A DNA stretch of 64,000 nucleotides from Nymphaea colorata (Eukaryota): positions 38,688,001 through 38,752,000 of the forward strand of contig NC_045138.2 in NCBI RefSeq assembly GCF_008831285.2, in the 5' to 3' direction. The notes under the pieces were generated by a model. It was not told the DNA's origin and ran no database searches. It saw only the letters and a list, made by a program, of their open reading frames with translations. The translations under genes were made by a program, and so were the position numbers. Positions 53,822-64,000 of the stretch are shown here, in pieces. The stretch's first letter is position 1; each line of letters opens with the position of its first letter.

Positions 53822-55722
53822 GTGAATGCTGGCACTGTTAGGTCTGTTCAACTAGATTTCGACCCGATCTCAAGAATTTATGTGGTATGTTTAAAAAACA
53901 TCAAAATTTGATTTAATATATAAAATAATACTAATCTAAACTTGTTGACGCGAGAGAGAGTAGTGAATTGTATTTTTTAGAGAAAAACAACTGAAGTCTA
54001 ATATGTGATTTGGATTTTATAAAACTATTGAGTGGCTGAGCTAGAGATTACGGGATTGACAATTTAAATTAAAATGTTTAAAGAACAACCAATATGTAAA
54101 TAAGTAAATAGTACGAAATATTCATATATACAAATAAACAATTTATGTGGGTCTATGTGGGCAGTTGCCCACGCAAGCCGACGTGTTCTTTGCACACCCC
54201 TGCTATATTTGAATCTATCCACAAAATTAATTACAATGTGTTATAAATTGATGCACACTGGGGTTCACCTCATTAGGCGACCAAATCTTTGGAAGAATCT
54301 TGTCATTAAAAGAAGAAAACAAGAACCCACGAAAGAACTGCGTAAATATTGTGCTACAGTGACAAACATTAATTCACTTGAACAGCTTTAACGTAATATT
54401 TCATTTATTATCTTCATATATTTTGGTCACTTCTAGCTATTCTCAAGTGTCATAACCGTACGATCATTTGATTTTTCCACTATTCAGGAAGAACTCTTGT
54501 GTGATATGTGAAGGTGGACAAATAAATACATCGAGCAAGTAAACAAATGATTCTACATCAATCCGTAGACTTAAAACCAAATAGTCATTCTAGGATGAAT
54601 ATTTAAACTCATCAACAGAGAATCACGATTGAAACCAATCGACGTGCAAATTTCAAACCTCACCTCACTCAAGTGCCATGTGATCTTGCATCACTCGCAG
54701 GCTGCATCTACAAATGCGAGAAAATGATCTGTTCTATATAATGGGTTTTATAGTTTTTTAACGTATGTTACATGTATAATGTATTCCAATGTATAAATTA
54801 TGGAATTGCACACCAACAACAAAATTTTTATTTATTTTTACATAGATTTCTTACAATTATTTACTTATTTATATTTCTTGTAAATGAGAATTTTTATAAC
54901 AGTGCCCCATAACAAAAAATTTTTGGCTCCGCCACTGCTCTTCCCCTACCAACCAAAGCCAATGCACTAGTTATGATTCATGAAGTCACATGTTACGTGC
55001 TTGTACGAATTAGCTTCACTATATATATATATATATGTGTGTGTATATGTGTGTGTGAAAATTAGGTTTTCATGTTACCTGCTTGTACGAATTAGCTTCA
55101 CAATATATATATATATATATGTGTGAAAATCAGGCTTTTTATTTTTTGATAACCTGATTTTTTAATCAGTTTTTAAAATATTTACTTTTGCATTTCAGTG
55201 AGAAGACAAAAGCGACGCTTTCTATGACTAACTTCTTTTTGTATTTTCTTATTTTTTGGGAGGTAGGTGTGGCTATTTACTTTGGCTTGTGAAACCTTTT
55301 TCTATATGTGCATCTAGAAATGACTACTTTTCATCTCTCAACTCCAATACGGACAAGAAAATCAGATCCCATATATCTAGTTTTATGAGGGGAAAAAAAT
55401 ACTTAATTATTTATATGGAAAATCCATCGTCATTTTCAGTACGTTTTATTTTTTTTAAAGTGCAAATTAACTTCGACGATGGTGATGGAAGGATAGATGC
55501 GTGCCCGGACGTTCAAAAGAGAGAGACTAAGTAGAAAGTTGGAAAAAGAAAAGGCCGAAAGAAGAATGGCTAATAAAGTGGTGATTACTATTAACAGGTC
55601 CATTTTTTTCTTCAACACGATAAATTTCGGGTCAAAAACCAGCAACTATGGAGCCTCATTTAATGACCTTAATAATCTCTCTTTCGCTAAGAAGTTATTA
55701 ACTTAAAGTTTAAACAGGCCAT

Positions 55723-55890
55723 TAGGGGTGAACACGAGCCAAGTTGAGCCCGAGTTCAATCAGCTCGAACTCAACTCGACTAATGAAACCTCTAGCTCGA
55801 GAATAACTCGACAGAAACAACTCGAGCTCTACTAGGTAGTTACATGTTGAGCTCTAACTCGACTTGATTAAAACTCGACAAACGAGAACT
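55723..55890. mobile_element. Fragment of a non-autonomous DNA transposon with reiterated CTCGA/CGAG subterminal motifs (hAT-like)
   Basis: It starts TAGGGGTGAACACGAGCC, followed by dense AACTCGA/GCTCGA repeats. The matching other end was not found. Confidence 0.45.
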
Positions 55891-58800
55891 GATATTCATG
55901 GTTAAGTGTTATGCATGACCCGCCCCCACTATGCTCTTTGAGGCTGACCTGATTCACTTTATTTATATTCTTTTATACATGGACGATGAATTGATCAAAT
56001 TCTACTATGATGCTTTACAGGTTAGCAGTCAAGCCTTCTGGCATTGATGAATCAACCGGTTAGATGGTTGATCAATAAGACGATATTGCACAAATAAGAG
56101 CAGAAATTTGAACAAAGTAGACTCGTGAATCTGTTTAGTTGCTTCTTTCTCTGCTTTTAATTATTCTTCAGGAACTTTCAGAAACGCATCGCAAGAGTTG
56201 ACAATGCTTAAGAACGCATTCAAATCTTCAATATTGTTTAAAACATAGATAAGTTTACTCAGGTTGTTAATTTGTATGTTCATTACACATCTACGTACTA
56301 CAGTATGGTAGGCATTGAGGGTGCAAATGAATTCAATTCAGGTTGAATGTAAATGAATTGAGTTAGAATTCGATACATTCGTCATCATATCGGACTAATG
56401 AGATTCGCCTTAACCAGCTTCAATGTTGGAAGAGGAAGTCCATTAAAGGCAGATATTATGTAGCCTGATTAAGACATCTATAGAAACAGAAAGTCAGCTT
56501 AAATTTGATTGGTATTCTGAATCTGACCAGAAATATTTTTTTCTTTTTTAAATTTACCTTGATTAATGTCACATTTCCACAGCATCTTACAGCCTCTCTC
56601 TCTCTTTCTCTCTTTCACATGCATCCAGAGCTACCCCACTATGGACTGGTCACTGATGGCCTCGCTCATAACCTCGGGATTTAATTTTAGTCGCCCCTCT
56701 TAGCCATCTTAGAGAAAAACAAAGAGAAAAAAATGTGATAAACATTTTTGTTATTTTTTTCTCAACCATTCATCTACTTCAGATAAACGACCGACCCTGG
56801 TTAAATGGCTAAAATAAGTCAGCTGTCAGATATGACTAGATGTCTTAATAATGCATCCATCACTTACCATAAACTACTATTAAAAATACACTGTCATTAT
56901 ATAATAACAGTTGCTAATGCTCTTACAGCTTGGTGCTTTTGGTGACAGTTTTTAATATTTAATGATCCGTCGACATCTTTCCGCTGACTGATTTCAATTC
57001 TTATATGTATGTTTACTTTTTCTCATTGTTCACTTGCCTTAGGAAGTACTATTTTTCACAAGTTCAAGCATGCTGCTAGGTGTAAAATGTCTAAATTCAT
57101 ATATATAGTTCAAGACGGTCATAGAAAAACAAGTGTTAAATCAATTCTGCCAGAGATTATAAAATTAATAGTCGCAGCTTTTTCGGCTAATAAAATTCAG
57201 TCTGGGTAGATAGCGGATTTTATGATTTTTTAATTGATTTTTGTACTTTTAATAGTGTAACATCGACGTCTAGCGAAAGAAACTAAAATTACAACTTGGC
57301 CGAGAGGCATGACCTATGAACTCAGCAAGACTAATTGTTAGATAAATACCATGTCTTAATTAATCATGTCATTGAAATATATATATGTATATATATGAAA
57401 TTTCAAATCTTAGCTAGATTTGGCACGTTGTAAGTTATTGAATACTTTTCTGTACGTACAGATGCCCACAGTTATACCAGAACTAGATAGTCTAAAGCTT
57501 GCTTAAATTAAATACCATATTTATAAGATTTGATGAACAAACAAGTATACAATGATTTTCATCACAGATTAAACTTTAAGTGCGAGTGGTGCAATATGAC
57601 AATTGGATAGTCTAAAGCTTTTTTAACCCTAAAGAATACATATTTATAGATTTGATACACAAACAAGTATATGATCATTTAAAACTAAAATCGAAGAAGT
57701 GGGTCTAATGAAAAATAAGTAAAGGTGCCCAAATATGACTAGATTGTCAAGTCCTTTTCCCTAGATAAAATTTACCAATTTTATAAGAATGGAAAAGATG
57801 GTCATGAAAACAAAAATGAAAGAATAGTAAAGAACAAAAATCCGTTTGCTTGGCCGTCCCAGTGGTACCATTAATCCCAAGATCAACATTCATCAATACC
57901 ATTAAGATAGCATCTTCCACGATTCGAACTGAGGACATAGCTACAATACGCCACCACTTGACCGGTTGTGCTAGAGAGAGAGAGTAGGTGAGAGAGAAAA
58001 AACGAGTTTGAAAGCGAGTATCAGATAACTTTGAAGCGACAAGATGTCCCTAAAGTGACAGATTAGAGAGAGAGAGGAGGGAATTGCCGTGAGTAGATCA
58101 AACAGCTAAACTGGAGTTTACCATGACATAATGGACTTTAGGTGGAAAGAGATAGGAAAGGTCGGTTGAAGGGGGAAGTTGGTGAGAGATCAGATTTAAT
58201 TTGCGGAAAAAAACTAAAACGTGTGCTTGTCGTGATCAAAAGTCTGTGCATGTTTTTCCAATGAATGGTGCGCCTAGAAGAGATAGAGCTAAGTTACATT
58301 ATGGGCGCTTCATTATATGACCATTCGAACATCATTATACCCAAGAAAATAGAGAGTCCAATGCTCCTTTTCTGTAAACTCCACGCTATAATTTTTAGAA
58401 AGAGAACAACTTCTTTTCAGGCTCAAAAATGGCAGAACTTGTCTCTGCGTAGCACCTGGCATCCTATCTGCTTCGAACTTAGGAAGAACCGTGAATGAAC
58501 TGATCACCGAGATACATACATAGCAAAAGCAAACTTCTCTCCTCTCTGGTGTGGCCATTAGTCACGAGACTCATTGCCATTAATTGAACAACTTTCATCC
58601 ACAGCAGCACACGTAACGTCTTTCTTAAGTTGCCATTCTAAACCAGTAAAGGAAACATGACCATGTCCGTCCAAGCTACACCCATCGCTCTCTCTCTCTC
58701 TCTCAAAGACAAACTTCAAAACATGTTTGTGTGTGTGGATAGAATGTCGCTGTGACATATACAATTCCAAGGAAGGATACTCCATCACATCACAGACTTC

Positions 58801-59324
58801 TGGTTTTAGCAAAGAAATATTGGTCATGGAAAGTAGAGATTATTTCTCCACTTTAAAAGAGAGCATCAGATATAAGAAGACAGACATGGTGACGTCCCTA
58901 TATGAATGCCTTGTCATTGACGAGACAAGTTTTCAAACTGGGTGCCATGCTCTTGAGAGATGGTCAGACTCTCTCTCTCTTGTTTGCATGAATCCAGAAG
59001 GAAGCTTTAAATTGGTCATAGGAAATAACGGAAGAGTGTAGAACAGAGGCTAATTAAGGGGTAGCGTAGGATGGCGGGTGTTTGCACCCTCTTGAAAACA
59101 GTGCCACAGTCTATCCGCATCCCATTTAATTCACCTCTATCCTCACCTGATTCCTGCACCCGTTTCACACAAACACACATATCCATACGCGCAGATCGAT
59201 GCCAAAAGACAAAAGAAATTTAAAAAGGGAGGAGGAGAAAGAAAGAGAAAAAGCCAAAGCCAACCAAATTTTACCTCTGTGGATATCATTCTATACCAGC
59301 CTCCGCTTCCCTCAGCCCCCGCAC

Positions 59325-59332
59325 TATAAATA
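59325..59332 (+). promoter_or_regulatory. TATA box of SWEET copy C
   Basis: TATAAATA lies ~100 bp upstream of the ATG at 59432 and is followed by a pyrimidine-rich leader. Confidence 0.7.
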
Positions 59333-59431
59333 GCCATCCAGAGCAGAACCCCCAAGAGCACCACACCTCAGCCGCTGCAAGCCCTGCGCTCAGCTCCTAA
59401 CTTCTTCCTTACTCGCCCTCCCGCCATCACC

Positions 59432-61417
59432 ATGGTTTCCGCTGACACTGCCCGCACTGTTGTTGGCATCATAGGTGAGTTGTGACAGTGATCCCCAGCC
59501 CCCCCCCCCCCCACAAGACCAGGAAAAGAAAAAGCATGTCAAGCAAAACATCTGCCATTCAGTTCTTCTCTTTTCTGTTTATCTGTTTCTTTTCCCAGTT
59601 TGTATTGATCTTGGAACTGCTTTTTTTTTTTTTTGTAGGAAATGTCATTTCATTTGGGTTATTCTTGTCACCTCTGTAAGCCAAACCCTTTCTTCTTCTT
59701 CTTTTTCCTTTCTTTTGTTGTTCTTTGTCAGAAGTAGCCTCATCTGATCGTCTTCTTCCTGAAAGAGATATATGATGATTGTATATGGGATCTCTCTTTT
59801 TCAGGCCAACGTTTGTACAGATATGTAAGAAAGGCGCGGTGGAGCAGTTCTCGCCTCTGCCGTACCTGGCAACTCTCCTGAACTGCATGCTGTGGATTCT
59901 GTACGGCCTCCCTATCGTTCATCCACACAGCCTGCTGGTGATCACAATCAATGGCTGCGGCTTCGCGATCGAGCTCGTCTACCTGATGCTCTTCCTCATC
60001 TACTCGGATAGGAAGCAGAGACTCAAGATCGCCGTGTACTTGGTGCTGGAGTTTGCCTTCGTGGCGGCGGTCTCGGCAGCGGTCATCCTGCTGGCTCACA
60101 CCCACGACCGCCGCTCGCTCATCGTCGGCAGCCTCTGCGTCTTCTTCTGCTGCATGATGTACGCAGCTCCCATGTCGGTGATGGTAAGAAGGAGATCTAT
60201 AGAGAGATCTAGAGAGAGAGAGAGCGGCATGCATGTGTGTGAAACTTATCAAATTATCAATGGCTGATGATCAGAGATAAAATGATTGATATTGGGTTGT
60301 GGCTGGTCTTCCAGAAACTGGTGATCCGGACTAAGAGTGTGGAGTACATGCCCTTCTTCCTCTCTCTGGCTTCCTTCGCCAACGGCATCTGCTGGACGGC
60401 CTACGCGCTCATCCGCTTCGACCTCTTCATCACTGTAAGCAACAGTCTGCGCACGCAGACACCACATATACACGCGCATGCACAACTTTTTTTGAGAAAT
60501 TTACGCATTTCCATGAAGATCTTAAGGAACTGAAGCACCACATGAGTCCATGTCGATCACCAGTCGATCGCCCACTGTTACTGAGAGATCCACTGCTCGA
60601 ATCCTAGCTGAAGTTCTCGTCAGTCACAGAGAGCTAAGGTCATGGTTCGAGTCACGTGGAGACCATTTTCTGAAATAGTGAAAGATGATACGACCCCAGC
60701 CCTGACGAACCTGAGTCCTCAATAAGACCAACTTCGGCCGTACTCGCAGCCCCAATATATTTTTCTGATCATCATATTATATCTCGTCATACGTATATGT
60801 GCTAGTTACTTGTGGGACCCACACTTCATCTAGGTCAACCATTAAAATATGACGGTCGAGCGGTGATAAGCATCCTTCTCATGGAATGCCATTGAAAAGG
60901 AAATGGTGTTGACCAACTTTTTCTGGGCGAAGCTATCAAATTTTGTTAAAAAGATCAAATTAAAAATTTGTTATTGAAAAATTACTAAACTTATATTAGT
61001 CATCACATTTGGAGCATTGACCTAACTTATATTTTATGATTCCACTTCTACATGAACCATGAAACATGACCATTATGACTCAAGACCATTGATATACGTA
61101 TAAGTCTGCAGATATTGGCACGCGTATACTTCTTGCCATTAATTCCAAGTATTCTTTTGCTGTTGTCCCAAAAGAAAAATCAAGAAATATTAATGGCGAG
61201 GGGTTGAGTGCAGATTCCAAACGGGATAGGCACCGTGCTGGGGCTCATGCAGCTGGCTCTGTACGCGACGTACTACAAGTCGACGAAGAAGATTTTGGAG
61301 GAGAGGAAGAAGGTGACGAAGGGAGGCGATCAGGTGTATCTGGCGGAGGTGGTGGTTTCCAAGGAGCCGGCGAAGAGCGGCAACGCCATCTACGATGCCA
61401 ACGGCGCCATGAAATAA
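59432..61417 (+). CDS. SWEET: SWEET sugar transporter, clade II, copy C (~260 aa, 5 exons)
   Basis: Exons 59432-59474, 59639-59675, 59805-60183, 60315-60434, 61214-61417 (43/37/379/120/204 nt). Motifs: [70 protein letters not shown]. Confidence 0.95.
60603..60765 (+). mobile_element. Possible SINE remnant in the last intron of SWEET-C
   Basis: B-box-like GGTTCGAGTCA at ~60644 with an A-box-like TAGCTGAAGT ~40 bp upstream. No tRNA cloverleaf is evident. Confidence 0.3.
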
Positions 61418-61615
61418 TTTACTCGAGACACAGCACTTCAGAGTTGGGTGCAACTAAAGAATTATTAATCCTGTTTGTTGTACTCGCTCTTTCTCTCATA
61501 ATGTTTTTCGTTTTTTCTTCTCTTCTCTTCTCTTCTCTGCTATGAGGTTGTTTAAACAAAAACAACCCAATTGATTTTCAGTGATGAAGTAAAGCTAAAT
61601 TCACTAGCTTAGCTA

Positions 61616-61654
<39 letters not shown>

Positions 61655-63674
61655 TATATGTATATCGTCGAGCTTTCAAGTTATATGAACTAAGTACATG
61701 TAAGAATTATTTGCAAACCCATTTATATATAATGATAAACCATAATGTGTTGATTTTTCTAAACGCTAAATGGCAATTATATTTGACTTTGAGAAAGTAA
61801 CTCTACCATCAGTCATATTGTCCAAATTAACAATGATTTCAAGTTGTTAACAACTGAAATATTTGATTTTTAACCATCAAGCCTTTGGGTGCTTCCTTAG
61901 AAAACACAGGTAATTAAGCATGAAAATGGACAGTTTTAACATATCTTTTTCTAATAAATCAAATATCGTTTACAAGACTAAAAGAAAAAAAAAATGGTGT
62001 TTTTTTAAGTTTTAAACGACACAGTTCAGCTCAATACCCAAATGAATAATCACAATACATTGTTAATTATATGTATTATAAAAATAAAATGGGAATTTAA
62101 TAGCCTCTAATGTGAGATCTGAGGCTAGCATGGGCCCATGAGGATCCTGAAACTATGAATCATTAGGCTGAACCCCAAAATACTATTTAGAAAAAATAGT
62201 AATAGTAAATTAGTAGGGCTATTGACACACAAGCTAAATATAAGAATATATAAGAAAAAATTCGATCACCCCTTATATATTTAATACCTTCTCCTAGAAA
62301 GAAACTTGCAATGCCGATCCCATTAGTAACTCCATCAAATACTCGTCGAATGAGCTAGTTGAGCTAATCCTTGTCCACTCCTAATGAATACTTTTTCGTA
62401 ATAAACTCTATGTAGCTATGATTGTATGACCGGTTGTATATGACATCTATTATTTGTTCCAAACGAATTCTCATTTTAGAATCTATTTTAGTCAATGAAT
62501 TGATTAAGTACAAATTTTGTTGATCTGAATAGACACTAGGAAAGAAACTGAAGATTTCACTTTGTACCTTTGATCAAAAAAACAATCTTATTGATTTTGT
62601 ACCCTTCATTCGATGACAAAATGGACCATATTCCACGAGATCAAACCCATAGGACTTAAGGAATGATGGAAGGGGATAAAATAAAAGAAGAAGGAAAGAA
62701 AAAGAATAAGATTTCAAATGGACAAATTCAAACTCTAAAATGTTCTTTCGAGAAAGATCTCTTATTCTTATTATATGTATAAGATTATAAGATCGTGATT
62801 TGATCCGCATATGTTTGTTTTGTAAAAGAAATATCATAATTCAAAATGAAAAGTGTTCAAATGAAACATGACAATGTGACTCAATTGGTCCTAGTTACTC
62901 TTTTCTGCATTTTAAGCTGAGGGGCGCTAGGAGTTCCTAATGTCAAACTGCCTTTTATGTGCACAAATGATATAAAGAACCAAATATTTATGAAATAATG
63001 GAAATTCATGAGCTGGGGGGCCCGCTACATATGCATGATTTTTGTCAATGTAATGTAGATATCAAATAGTTATAAAATCTACCATTTGCCTTACCGGTGG
63101 ATTTTGTTTTAACATGAATATTTCAACCTATAATATGAAATTGGAGACCATCAAACATAGACTTAGCGCGTGAAAAAACAAAGGATGGGCTCCAAGTTGA
63201 CCACGCCACATCTTGTCATAAAAGTTATACAAACACGGCTGGTAAAATCTGTCTCAATCGGCCAATTCAAATCGAAATTGACTCTTTTTTTATTGGATAG
63301 GTAGTCGATTAAGGAGGAATCATATTCCATTATTGTAATTTTTAGTATTATTTTTACTTTTTAAATCTTCTATTTTTTTTCATTGTCATAATTTCAATCT
63401 GCAGATTGACCATTAATCTGATTTATGAATCTTTTGACTTTTTTTTTTTCGATTCAGAGTCGATTTTAATAATGTTTTTGGAGACCAAGTGCTTTGATTG
63501 ATTGATGAATTGACGGTCAAATATTTGAGATGCTAATGAATATATAATTAAGGCCATATGTTTACGATTTTTTTTTTTAAAAAAAATCTTCGTTAACCTA
63601 ATAATTACAAGTTGACAATTCTATATGCGCCTCTTTGTTCTTAAGACATCCATTGCCGACATTAGCACTCCCAA

Positions 63675-63935
63675 TCGGTGTTGTGAAAAATGTTTCGTCC
63701 TCAAGTGTATCGCCCGAGACACATTGTATCGGCATTAGCTTCACCAATATGATACACTATTTACACTTTTTTCATTTATTTTTCTATCTTTATTTTAAAT
63801 CAATTTAAAGCACTTTAAGTTATTTTCGAGTTTGACGGAGATGAAAGCAAAGAACATTATGTAACGATACGTATCTGCCGATACGCTGCATCGCTAAGCA
63901 AACCAAACCGATGCGGCGGCCATGATCCGATCCGT
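63675..63935. mobile_element. MITE-like fragment with inverted GTATCG/CGATAC motif clusters
   Basis: The left part has TGTATCG repeats and the right part has CGATAC repeats, around an AT-rich core. Confidence 0.4.
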
Positions 63936-64000
63936 CCATTACTTATTTCGCTGTATTTGGCAGCTTTCCTTGTTCAGTCAACCAAATTTTGTTATTTCAC

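Noticed and set aside
60603..60680. Possible tRNA gene (GGTTCGAGTC)
   Set aside because: No acceptor or anticodon stems could be built, so it is kept only as a weak SINE candidate.

Overview
This is eukaryotic, intron-containing flowering-plant genomic DNA. It is AT-rich with abundant (GA/CT)n and (AT)n microsatellites and many small transposon remnants. I rebuilt eight protein-coding genes exon by exon with GT-AG junctions in phase: a Raf-like group C kinase (CBC1/CBC2-like, +); two tandem clade II SWEET sugar transporters (-); a NIN-like protein transcription factor (NLP, -); importin beta-1 (-); a kinesin-light-chain-related TPR protein (KLCR/CMU, -); a second TPR protein resembling WTG1 (-); and a third clade II SWEET (+) that lacks one intron. 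Intergenic DNA holds a decayed LINE RT fragment, a probable SINE, several MITE or foldback elements and short tandem duplications. I saw no rRNA, tRNA, CRISPR array or prokaryote-type system, and nothing I can defend as a wholly new biological system. The best leads are gene-architecture oddities: a cryptic intron or open frame across the SWEET-A stop codon, two frame-compatible 5' structures for the WTG1-like gene, (CT)n tracts fused to paralogous splice donors, a precise intron difference in SWEET-C, and an orphan intron signature in intergenic DNA. Family assignments come from recalled motifs, not database searches.
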